In this document: positions 23,852 through 36,000 of the stretch, in pieces
Position numbering within the stretch: position 1 is the stretch's first letter
Layout: every line of letters begins with the position of its first letter
Assembly (NCBI GenBank): GCA_004431415.1
Contig: QPMI01000010.1
Coordinates: 62,001-126,000 of the forward strand
Source: Cyanophora paradoxa CCMP329
Taxonomy: Eukaryota; Plantae; Glaucophyta
Direction of reading: 5' to 3'
DNA length: 64,000 nt
Position numbers and translations under genes: made by a program
Notes under the pieces: model-generated
The model's database searches: none
Told to the model about the DNA's origin: nothing
Seen by the model: the letters and a program-made list of their open reading frames with translations, nothing else

Positions 23852-24840
23852 CTATATCAATCATTCAAATTTGTTTTGGTGAACTACCGGCCACAGTCTC
23901 TAGACACCAGCTGCAGCACTGCCGGGCTGCCCAGGGGGGCACAGAGACAAAGAAACAAAATAACTAAGACAAGAGCACGAAGAACGACAAGGGGGGGGGG
24001 GGGGGGGGGGGGGGGGGAACGCTCTTGCAATGGGTTTGCACGGGTGCCGCAGTGCTGCGCGTAGAAGTCACACACACGGCGTCTACGTATACGTAGTCTC
24101 GTAACAAAAGGTCTCTCCACACGTGCAAGCTGCAGTCATTATCGCGAGCTTGCATCGGCATGCGCAGCATCAGAAAATTTTAACAAGGGGAGGGCGGTGC
24201 ACATGTGCACGTGCTGATCGCGCGCGAGCCTGGTCCATTTTCACACCGGCACGACACACCCTCCATTTTCCTGGTCAGCTGCAGATGCGCCTCGACACAC
24301 CGGCGCCTCGATCTCGACGTCGGCGCCTCAGTGCGCCGGCCTCGAGCTCATGCGCATGCGCACCTCAGGCCTCTCGTCCCCCAACTGTAATATTATATAT
24401 ATTGCAATGCGAAACCACACTGTGACATGATACACGATTATGATTACCGTCTATAGCTACTACTAGGCTAGTTCAAGCTACTTTATATATAGCTAGGCGC
24501 CCGGCCCGCGGCCGGCGAAGGGCACAATTGCGACGTTTTTGAACTACGATATATATATATATAGCTAGCTATAGTCGAATACCGTAGCATGCGCATATGT
24601 ACATGTACACATGCGTATATACAGTAGTCGACACAAACATGCGCTATATACAGGTAAACTATGATACGCGTACGATCGCGCGAGTCGGCGACAATTAACA
24701 GTTGCGGTACTGGCCGCTGATCGAGCTATAGTATAAGAACAAGTACTACGGTACGCAAACGTAGCCATCCATATGCATGCCGCGCCGTCGACGTCGATCA
24801 TCCGGTGAACGGATAGACGAATTCGAAACGACTACGGTAT

Positions 24841-26258
24841 CTAAGAGCAGTAAGTGCGGTATGTTCCGTAGTAGCTATCGTAGCGTTGCGTGCAGGTGGG
24901 TGTATAAGTCGACGTCTTCGATGCTGCTGCCGCGGCCGCCCTGCGCATGCGTACATGTACGCATTAATTTAATTTCATATACACATGCAAGGCTCAGTGA
25001 TGGCCACCATGCACTAGGGAAAAGGGGCACTTTTCCACAATGGTAAAAAGATCGGGGAGCAGCTTATTTACCCATGTGAGCAGTGTTTTTTACCAAGGGG
25101 GCGTCCCATATATTTCGCAGGGGAATTTTCGGTAAAAGGGTCCTTAGTTTTGGCGTTTTTCCGGTAAATGGGAGGTGTCGAAACGAATTACGCACGAAAG
25201 GATTACGGCGACGATAATGATGACAACAGCAGCCGTCAAGAACATCAGGACGATAGAGGCGATGCCGAAGCCCTTGGCAGTCGGATTCCGCTTCACGCAG
25301 ATGAACGCCCAACCGCCGCTGCGAATGCCGGCGCCGCGTTTTGATTAACAAACATATGCATTGCAATCGCGATCGAATACGTATACGTATACGTATACGT
25401 ATCATAGTATACAGCGCTGTACTAGTGGCCATATGCACGGGCCCGACGGGCCTTGAGATTGCAATTAGAACATGCTTATGGATATGCCATGATGCCGCAT
25501 CGATATCATGGCATTGCGTACCACCAGATGGGCCACACGAACCACCCTTGCAAAGTTGAATTCGATCGCCACGGCGCAATGGCACGCGTACGATTAGTAT
25601 TCGAAGAATAAGATATTCCGTTGCATTATGCATACGTATGCATACGCGTATTTAACTTCTCTAGTTAGCATACCGAGCACGAAGATAACAATGGACGCAG
25701 CCGTCGAGCAGGCTTTTTGACTGTCTTCCTCCGCCGCCGTTTGATTGATGATTACCTGTAGGAATTCGAAGTTAGTACACGGTTAACGGCTGTTGTAAGT
25801 TGCAATTTGTAGCTCAAGAGTACGTATACGTATACACGTACGTTTTGCGTGTTGGACCCGGCTGCTCCGGGAGCGCCTACGCCTCCTTGCACGGGCATGG
25901 CCATAGCAGGCATCACAGCGTTTCCGTAAACAACCTGGGGGCGTCCGACAGTCAACATTTACAATTTCTCTCTCAGCCAACTCGGCGATCGCACCCCAGG
26001 AGGCGAGTCGTACGGGCCCTTGGGGTTGGCGTTCTGGCTCGGACCCGCTGCAGCGGTAGTTCCGCTGGAGGGTCCCGAAAACCCGACCCCGGCCAGCATC
26101 GGGGGAGCGTAGCCTGTAGCTGGTGGAGAGTACACCTGATTTTGCATATTCTGCATCTGCTGCGCATGCAGCTGCTGCATCTGTTGCATTTGCAGCTGTT
26201 GCTGCATCTGCAGCGCATTCATCTGTGCGGATTCCGCTGTTGGGTAAATCGTCGCCAT
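24841..26258 (-). CDS. Small membrane protein with Gln/Pro-rich N-terminus and C-terminal hydrophobic helices
   Basis: Exons MATIYP..QMQQQ.., VVYGNAVMP.., ASIVIFVLG, WFVWPIWW, GWAFICVKRNPTAKGFGIASIVLMFLTAAVVIIIVAVIL, ..YRTYCS*. Confidence 0.7.
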
Positions 26259-26559
26259 GATTTCAGAGTGGATCTAGCGCTAGCCTAGGCCTGCAGCTGG
26301 CTGGATGATGGTACGGTGCACGTGGCAACGACGGTCACGTATACGTATACCTATACGAACACGTATACGTATACGAACGCGTATACGGACACGCGGATTT
26401 TCAAGTTCAAGAAGCCGCAGCCGCGCAGCCGCAGCCTGCTGCAACTTGGCAACCGTTTGAACAGCTACAAATGCACTGCGGCAAACTATAAATAGCAAGC
26501 TGCCGCGTCGCTTAATTATAAGCCTTACCGTCGGTATACGTACGACTCGGTAGGACTCC

Positions 26560-27060
26560 CACCGTAGGAGTAGGAGGGACTCGGACTCGGGACTCGAGTC
26601 CGGACTCGGCCGCGGAGTCGCGAGTCGGGACCGGACTCGGGAGTCGGGAGTCGGGACTCGGGAGTCGGGAGTCGGGACCGTCGGGCTCGGGATCCCGGAC
26701 TCCGGCCCGCGGGACTCCCGGATCGGAGTCCCGGAGTCCCTAATATGACTCCCTATGCGCTACTACTGACTCCCTAGATCCCTGCCGGGCCAGTGCCCGG
26801 AGTGCCGGCGCCGGAGAGTCCCTGCTGGGGGCCGCCGCCGGCCGGGGGGGGTCCCTGGCAGTGGCTGGCACTGATCATGACGACAGTGACTCAGTGACTC
26901 CCTGCGCCAGAGAGGCCGGGGTCGGGGTCCCGACTCGGGGAGACGCCGGGGCCGGGCCGGGACTCCCCGACTCAGCGAGTCGGGACTCGGGAGTCGGGAG
27001 TCGGGACCCCGGGCCCGACTCCGCGAGTCGACGGCGACTCGACTCGACTCTCGGCGACGG
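26560..27060. repeat. Low-complexity (cgggagt/cgggact)n GAGTC/GACTC array
   Basis: Dozens of gagtc/gactc units in both orientations. Confidence 0.8.
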
Positions 27061-27829
27061 CCGCGAGGCCGTGCTGCACTCACGAGGCCGCGTGTTTCGA
27101 CGTCGACCCGGACGTTGACGTCGAACCCGAATTTGGCTGAGAATCATGCATATATGAATGCGCTCAAGTTTTTGAATGCATGTTTCGACCCGGACGTCGA
27201 CCCCGAATATGGCTGAGAATGCGTCCCCAAATTAATTAGAAATAGAATGCGCATGCGTTTTTACGCTTCCGCGCATGCGTTTTTACGCTTCTGTTATGTC
27301 GTTCTGTTATGACGGCAAAAAACGCATTAAATTGGGGGCGCATTAATATCATGCGTGCACTATATTCTTATCATAGTATGTCACCGCGGTAATTAAGCAT
27401 TACAAAGTGGTACCGGTACGTATACCAAGTTCGTGGTACTACCGTTTCACTGAGTCAACTTGGCAAGTATGATCATGATCATGACTCATGAGCGCATTCG
27501 GCATTCGGCATGAGCAATCGAATCAGCACTCTTGGATGAATCACAAATTTATAATTGATCAATCGAAAAAATTAAACGCAAACTCTTCCGGGTCTTTAGA
27601 TTTGATTGCCGTAAATTGCCGAGATAAAATGTTGCGGGGGGTAGAACAATGTTTCTAACGCCGCCATAACGTCTTGCCTCGGCAATTTATCGACTCCGCA
27701 ATTCCGGCTTTTCAATTTGGCGGATTCGAATTCGGCAATTTAAGAACGCGGCAATTTTTACGCCAGTGATGGCGTCTGCAGCTGACGGACCGGCGTCGGT
27801 CCGGCCACCACTCATGACTACCGTAGAGT

Positions 27830-28073
27830 CGTAGACGACTTATATACCGCGCTGACTTCACTACCGCGCTACCATATTACCGCGCTCAAAATTTTTATAA
27901 CGCGGTAATTGGGTAGCGCGGTAATAGTCTTTTGCTTAGGATTGCTAGCAGTTTTGTATGGGCCGTACCCCAATTTGATGAAAACGCGCTAATTCGGTAC
28001 GGCGCTAAAGCGCCTACTGGCGCAAAATTTTTAGAACGCGGTAATATGTGGCGCGGTATTTAAGTCGTCTACG
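27830..28073. mobile_element. MITE with ~22-bp TIRs
   Basis: cgtagacgacttatataccgcgc ... gcgcggtatttaagtcgtctacg; related sequence at 7865-8120 and ~30060-30180. Confidence 0.75.
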
Positions 28074-30525
28074 CCGAGTCACTGAGTCATGACTCATGAC
28101 TCATGACTCATGAGTCACACGCTGATCATGAGTCATGACTCATGACCCCTGTCGCATCATCGACTCGCATGTCGGGACGGTCCGAGTGACGTGACCGATG
28201 ACGCCATATATATGCATCCGATGATTGATCCGATGATATATAATGGGATTTCCGAAGCAAAATAAACCACTTAATGGACCAGATGCGGCGGCCGCCGCCG
28301 CGGCGCGGCGCTGCGGAGCCTGCGGGATGCCTCTGCTTTCGAATTTGCAATTGAAATTGTGGATTCATATCGATTTTCATGGTCCAGGATCTGCAGCCGC
28401 GTCACGCAGCTTTCATTGTTCTTGCGATTCACACCAACGTGACTCCGCGTGCGTGCGTCGACGTCACGGTCTACATCCCCCCCCCCCCCGAGTCCACAGC
28501 AAAATTAATTTAATTTTAAGACGCACTAGTTCTGTGCCGCCCGCACATTCATATGTACGCTATGAGCCTATGAGGCTATGACCAAGTGACCCAGCTACCT
28601 ATTCCGGATTGCCAGAACTTGAGAATTCGAAGCCTGAATTCGAATCCAGATTCGAAGGCCAAATTTTGGCCTGGCTTGGCTTGAGTTGGGGCCAAAATTT
28701 TACGTGGCCCATGAATCGGCCATGATATACATGTACATAATGGGCCGATTCACGGTATGCTTAGGTACATATCACATGTACAGTGTACAAGCTGCATGAA
28801 GCTCACTGAGTCATGATCACTGATCAGCTCTCTCGAGCTCTCTGCAGCTGGCCAGCGGTCCAGCCCAAGCCGGTGCAGCCCTGCCAGCTGGCCCGGGGCT
28901 GGCCGCCATGGCCAGCTTCCATCCAAAAATTGGCCGGCCAGCTGGCCATGGGGGCCAGCCTCCAGCAAGGCTGAGCTAGCCCAGTAGGAGCTGAAAACTT
29001 GGCCCATAGCCGCTGAGCCATGGCCAGGCCAGCCCACTGTGCTGCCCACTGCCACAGGCTCGGCGGCTGGCCACTGGGCCAGCCGACCGTCGGACCAGCC
29101 GCATGCGGTGCCATGCGCACGTCACGGTGCCACGGTGTACATTGGCACTGCGGCAGTCACTAGCTGCAGTGTGTATGCACACCGTTACAGCCCACGTTGT
29201 ACCAGTACATGTTCTATCGTATATAGATTCATTGTATGAATATTAATTCCGAAACTTTTTCAAGTTTTGAAAACGGTGTCTTGCCAAATCTACTAAGTTC
29301 AAAAAGTTGATTATATATAAACGTTCCGGAGGGGACGCCATCGATATCGATATCGGCGTCTTTTTCTACTGACACTAGTACTCAGTGACTTGCCCCTCTA
29401 TCTTAGGCTCAGCGACCGAGGGACGTAGTTCAGCCCGGTGTCTTACGGCCCAAGTTACGGGAGGCCTTTCGAATTCGAATTCGGACTCCGATCCTGGGAC
29501 ACCCCCCCTTTTTTTGCAAAAGTGGACGTCGCATTGATACACCACGGCACATGTATCAATGTTCTACGTGACGTGCCCTTCCGACCGGTCCGACGGTCAA
29601 CTATCTAGCCGAAGGTGCTAGCTAGGTGCCGGCCATGGGTCGCTCAATATATATGGGAGGTTCGCCTGAGTGGGGGAGCCATGGCCATGGTTTTCGGTGA
29701 TAGCCGTAACCAGACCCGCGCGCCCACCCCTTGATCAACTCCTCCATCCCTCATGAGCCCTGGTCCTGGGGCACCCCCCCTGCCAGGCTGGCCATGGCTG
29801 GCAGACCGCCACTTTCGAAGACCGCCGGTCTTCGAATCCTTCCTCTAGGGATTTGATCCGGGTCCTTGCACCTCCGGATCTGGATTTCAGAGCTGCGCGC
29901 GCATGCGGCTCGAGCTGGAACTTCCTTGAAGCGCTAGCCCCTGGCTCGAGCTGGCTTGAGTCCGGATTCCGAGCTCGAGGCTCCGGATCCGGCCTTGAGC
30001 ACTCAAGCCGCAGCCGCTCATAATCAGGCCCTGAGGCTACCGTGTAACACTTAATCACTGCACCACAAATTACTGCGCTACCAATTGCAAATTACTGCGT
30101 TCCATCGGCCTCGAAAATGTGTACATGTTCTTTGTTAGCAAAGGGGGGTAATACTGCGCAACCAAATTACTGCGTTATACAAATAAAACTTGAAATTAAA
30201 TTGGTCGACGTCGGCAATTGGTTTGAGACGTTGATAAAACTTGAAAACGGCAATTGCGCGTTAACGTTCACGATACGAAACATTTGATTTCTAGTTCTAC
30301 AGTAGTCACACTGCCACAGTCTCACAGATCTATACTAGTACTCAGTGTTACTAACAGTGGCACAGGCTTGTACATGTGAATCACTGAGTCAGTAGTGATC
30401 ATCATGGCATGGGTCACAGCTGTACCGTATATATCCGTATATAAACATGTACATGTCCGACGGTCTACTGACTTCGCAATTGCCGCAGTGCACGCGCATG
30501 CGCGCAGCTGCAAAGCACGAAATCC

Positions 30526-31307
30526 ATGGCGAGGGAAGGATATTGCATACGAGTTGCAAGAGACATCGAACGCATTCTTGGGGCGATTCGATTCCCATTC
30601 TGGCTGTTGCGCCTCTTCTTTAACGTTGAAAACATTGTTCTCCGTCCCGTGTTTGCCGTCCTTGCAAAGGCCTTCACCCATCTGCCTAAAGTAGGATCTC
30701 GCCGATCTCGAGTGCGTCGTGGCGCTCGCGATCGTCCGAATTTAAATTTCACGTACTGCTGGCGTATATATATATATACACACGTATTTATGCATATGTA
30801 CATGTATGCTCTTACTTATTCGTGTCTGCGCTTCATTCCAGGTCGCCCCGCTTGATGACCACTGGGGTGTGAACGTTGTGAAGAGTCTCCCGCGCGTACG
30901 CGTCGACGCCTGCGCATGCGTCTCGGCCGCGGCGGCCGCACCGTCCACGTCGGAAATTTCGAGTTCGAATTCGGTGCACGTACATGCACCGACGGCTGCA
31001 GCTTCGGATGCAGCGCTGGCGGGCAGCTGCTGCATCTGTCTAGAAGACTTCCAGGATGGCGAGGATCTCGTCCAAACGCCCTGCGGCCATCTGTTCCATC
31101 CGCCGTGCATTGAAGGGTGCGCCATGATTACACATGAACACGCATTTCTGTGAAGCCCATTATTTCCTGCGCATGCGCCACGGAACGTCGGACATGTGCA
31201 GCTGGCTTGTTTCAAACCATGGAGACTGCCCTATGTGCAAGTTCCACATCGTCGTCTTGGTACCTATAGGATCCGTAGCGCCGGTGTCTGCAGCTGAATC
31301 CATCTAG
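30526..31307 (+). CDS. RING-H2 E3 ligase (ATL-like), 3 exons
   Basis: CCICLEDFQDGEDLVQTPCGHLFHPPCIEG|WLVSNHGDCPMCK; hydrophobic N-terminal exon. Confidence 0.85.
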
Positions 31308-31407
31308 ATCCAGATCTAATATATATGAGCATATATTTGTCTAGGAAAGTGTCATGCTTGCGAAAAACGCCATACCAATCCAGAAGAAATTCTAGCGGGG
31401 CACAGTG

Positions 31408-31854
31408 AGCGATTGGCGCAGAAGCGAGCACGTCTGGAGTGCATTCTAGATCAGGCGAGATCGAGGATAATTTAACTTCCACGCAAAAGCCGCTCTATGC
31501 AAAAGTCGGCGCTCTCCGGGGCCGCGCCCCGGCCCCCTCTTCAGCCCTCTACAGCGCAAGGCAGCTCAAGGCGGGTGACAGCGCAAGGCAGCTCAAGGCC
31601 CGCCCAGGCCCCCCCGCTCCCCCCAACTGCCCTTCCCGGGACTCGAACGCTGGGGCAATAAGACACCGGCCGGGCGCACTGCTAGCTCGGCTAACGCGCC
31701 GCGAAACTGGCCGGTTCCTCTTCGAATTCGTGTGGCCCTAGCTGCTGGAAAATCGCGTACTGCATCCGCGCGATAGTGAACATCAATTATGTATTAATTA
31801 TATATAAGAGGCATCCTATCGCATACTAAACGCTTCACTTCTGCGCCAATCGCT
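31408..31854. mobile_element. Putative MITE with 17-bp perfect inverted repeat enclosing a tRNA-like A/B-box segment
   Basis: agcgattggcgcagaag (31408-31424) / cttctgcgccaatcgct (31838-31854). Confidence 0.55.
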
Positions 31855-33078
31855 TCTCCCAAGTTTATTAAGCGAAATCGTCCAGAATGTCTTGGTTGCG
31901 CATGCAGGAGGGTGGCCGATGTCGGGGGGGCCCGCGCCGGGGTACTACGGTACCGACGTGACGGTCACCGGGTGGATCCCGGACTTGGATGTTTCGATGG
32001 ACCGGAGGCAGGGCCGGTGCACGTAATTAGCGCTTCGGAAGTCGACGTCAGATAAGGAACGGGGGGGGGGGGGGGGGGGGGGGGGGGGGCGGGGGGGGGG
32101 GGGGATCTGGACTGTCTACGTTTACGTACATTTACGTATACGTATACATGATCATCTGCACAGCGCTAGAAATTGCAAGCTAGCTGCAGGCATCCGACTC
32201 GGCGAGTAGTTATAATTAAGTGGACTGCGGAGTAGACTGCTCTCGAGTCGGCTCCCGCCCTGGCTAAGGCTAGCTGCAAGAGAAAACCTGTCAGTGATTC
32301 AGGAAACACATAAGTATAATGCAGTTTAATAAAGCTTAGCAGCCTGCCAGCAGGGCTCGAGGGCACCTTAAAATCGCCATGGCTCGTCGCCGTCAATGTT
32401 AACGTTTATATACGTAGTTTCCCAGCTATCGCCATCTACGCCATCTACAGCGAAAGAACGTCGAAAATTTACATGCAGAAATGAATTCCAATTACGCGAT
32501 CTTGAATTCGAGGCGGGGGCGAGGCTAGCTTCATGATCAACCGTTGAACCGACGTCGACTGCCCGGACAGTTTTTCGGCCGCCCGCTGGCTAGCTATAGC
32601 AGCTGCAGCTGCAGCTATTAAGTACTTTAAATTTCGATTCGCCGGTCGCGAGTCGAATTCCCTCGCCCTCGAGCTCTTCCCTCCACCCCTTCCCCCCTCC
32701 CCTCGGCCCTCCGGATCCCCTTCACCCCCCCCCCTCCCCCACCCCCCCCTTCTCGACGTCCATCCTTTCCTACGTATACTATGATACGAGGCTCCTCCCT
32801 TGCCTTCTCCAGATCGATATGCCCCCCCCCCAGTTCTCTTCATTTTATTTTTTCAAGGCTCCGGATCCTGAGTGTTAACGTTCTCTCTCTTCTCTCTTTT
32901 TTCAAGGCTTTCTGGCTTTCTGTCTCAGTGAGTTCGCCCGAAACTTCGACCGTCGGACCGCCGCGGTCCGAAGCTCAAGTGCGCATGTGACCTTAGCTTC
33001 GCGATCGCTGTCAAAAGTCTCGAAGATAACCGCGCGCCGCGGTGCGCACGTGCACGCCAGATATCGATATCGCGATCG

Positions 33079-36000
33079 ATGGAGGAGTTCGAGACGTACC
33101 TCTCCCGCACGCAGAACATCAAGGACGTGCTGCAGAACTACCCGCCGGGACCACAGATTCTCCGTGCGCATCCGCCGTCGACGTCCGCGCAGTTTCGAAA
33201 ATCGTCGAGCCGACCACATTCCGACGCACATTCCGTCGCGCCGTCCGCGCGCAGGAGAGGTCCTGCAAAACGCAGCTGACGCCGGCGCCTCGTAATCGAT
33301 TTGCCTCATCTCGAGTCTGATTCTCACTAACTCCCGACCCGCCGTCAGCATCGCGTCGTTTGTGGTGGACCTGCGCTCGAATCATCCGACGGAGGGCCTC
33401 GTCGACACGGGTGGCGGTCGGCTTGGCGCGCGCCGCGTCACCGCACTGCAGCGCGCGCCAGCCCTGCTGGCCTACAACGACCGGCCGTTCACCAAAGAAG
33501 ACTTTGAGAGCCTGAGAAGCCTGGGTGCGAGCAAGAAGGCGCAGAATGCGTCGAAAATCGGACAGTGGGGCTACGGGTTCACAAGGTGCGGTTCTAATAT
33601 GCATTCCTTGAGATCTGATCATGATATTGTTTTTTCGATTGTACATGTCATGTCGCGTCAACTGACCTGCAATGCAGCATTTACCATCTGACGGACCTTC
33701 CCGGTATCTGTCTCCGACTTATTTTCTAGCTTGCAATTGCGCCCGGCCTCGCGCGCGCCGTGCACGTGTACGTGCCCGGCCCGCTCATAGGAATTCGCAA
33801 TCGCAGGCCTCGTCTCTTCGGGTCATTTCGTCCTCTTCGACCCGCACGCGCCGAGCGGCGGCATCCGCTTCCCGCTCGGGGTGCGCGCACCCCCGATCCC
33901 CTGCGTTATTCTGCAGGCCCCATCGCGCTCTTAATTTATATATTCTGCAGGCGCTCGACCCTGATGCGGAAAAGCCGATCACGTTTGCGGCGGAGTACGC
34001 GGGTCAGCTCGCTCCGTACGCGGTGCAGCTCGAGGGGGGGACGGGGTGCACCCCGGCTGCAGCGGCGGAGTTTGGTGGGACGCTCTTCCGCTTCCCCCTC
34101 CGTGGCGGGGGCGGGGGGCCAGCGCTGGCGGGGGCGCGCGTAAGGAGCTGTTTCGCATGTCGCAGACGGCCCCGGACGGACCTCGACGGGCCGAAAACGG
34201 CGCGACCTTTTGGACATCCCGCTAGTTCGCGAGCTTTAACAATGGATGGAATTTGAATTTTGAACACGGCCGTGTCACGGCGGCTATCAGCCGGCTGAGT
34301 TCGAGTTCGAGCTGGCTAGACCAAATTCTATATCCCCCCCAAGCCATCTCCCCCCCCTTCCAAGCCACGGCCAGCTGCAGCTAGATTGCGGCCAGCCACG
34401 GACTTGCGCGGGAAAAGCAAAAGCGCTTATAGCTTAGCGTTCGGCGATCGAGATGCCGCTCTCTGTGCTGTCTGCCAAGGTCGGCTCAGCGTTCGGTTCC
34501 ATTAGAGCGTGGCTGGGCGGCGCCAGCGATGGCAGGCCGCGGCACGGCCAGATTGGCGGCAGCACCTGCGGCAGCCAGGACGACCTCGGCGAGGACGTGA
34601 ATCCAGACGACTGTGGCGACGCAGCTTTGAGCGAGCAAGTCGTTCAGCCTGCGCATGCAGCGCCAGCTGCGCATGCGACGGCCGCGGTCGCGCTGGCGCC
34701 TCCCGCGGCGGAGCCGGCGGGCGGGAGCGACTCCCCACAAGTCTCGCCAGTACGCTCAGAGCTCGAGCAGAGCCCCGGCAGCGGCTGCTGTGAGACGCCA
34801 GGGACGCCTTTGGGGGGGGGTACGCCTGTACAGCCGTGTACGCCGCCTGTCGCAGCTGCCTCATCAGCGACCCCCGTGTACACGCCTGATCGCCCGCGTC
34901 GCAAGCGGGTAGTAGCTGCGCCCTCGCAATCGCAGCCTTCGCATGATCAGCCGGCCACGCCTCCACGCACGCAGCCGCCGGCGGCAGCGGCCTCGCCAGC
35001 GACCCCCGTGGACATGCCTAAGCGCGTGAGTCGCAAGCGGGCAGCGGCGGCGACCTCCCAGCCTTCGCCCGCGGCGGCACCGAGCGAGCAATATGAGGAT
35101 CCCTTCGTTGCCATGGAGCGGTATATGGACGATCCCTCTGTCGCGCCGTCGCCTGCCAGCTCAGCCGCGAAGAAGCCAGCCCCGAAGAAGCCCGCCACGT
35201 CCACCAAGCAGCAGTGCAAGCGGCGCAAGTGCGATGTCGAGATGACGGGCGAGGAGGAAGATCGATTCACCCCCTGGGACAAGCCCGGGCGGCACCGCTT
35301 TCGCATCGAGGAGGAGGACGCCGCACTCTATCGGAGGCTCACCGGCTGCAAGCGGGTTTCCGATGCGGTTCGCATGGCGTCCAAGCTCCTTGAAGCGATC
35401 GAGTACCTTCAGCAGCGTGTGCGCGCGCCGTTTCACGCCGCCGTGCGCTTCGCCCGCAGCTTGCCTCGCTGATTCGGGCCGCAGGATGTCCTAGACAAGG
35501 GTCTAACTGGCGCGGAGCTCGCCAATCAACTGAAGGCGAAAGTCGACGTGTTCCTCCGTGCACCGGCGCAGCGTGAGGAGCTCCAACAGAAGTGCAGCTC
35601 CCTGGAGCGGGAGCTCCCTGATCTGCGGTGGGCCAACAGGGAGAAGCAGCGGCAGATCGCTCAACGGGAGGAGAAGATCGCTCAGCTGGAGAAGGAGATG
35701 ATGCAGCTCAACGCCAGTCTGGTGAGCCCGCCGGCCGCCGCGCCGCCCGCGCCGCCGGCGCCCGCAATGCGCTGCTGACGGCGGTCCCTCCGGCGCCCGC
35801 AGAGAGCGACTCGGGTCAAAAACCTCGAAGAGGAGTGCGAGGAGCTGCAGAACCAGAACGCTGCGCTGCAGACGAAGGTGGATGACCTGGAAAACAAGGT
35901 CCGCGATTGCCCACACGCGTGCGTGCGCCCGCTGGCGCGTAACGCGGCGCGGCGCAGGTCTCAAGGATGAAGAGGAATTGGGACTTGGAGTTGGAGCGTG

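Noticed and set aside
25012-25185. CACTA transposon start within an intron
   Set aside because: No matching TAGTG terminus or 3-bp TSD found.
29383-30060. hAT-like element with CAGTGA ends
   Set aside because: Only a 6-8-bp inverted match and the flanks show no TSD.
31628-31700. Functional tRNA gene
   Set aside because: Cloverleaf stems do not pair; kept only as a tRNA-derived remnant.
32061-32104. Long poly-G runs (also ~23991-24018, ~54013-54034) as telomeric or structural elements
   Set aside because: Simple homopolymers of unreliable length with no supporting context.
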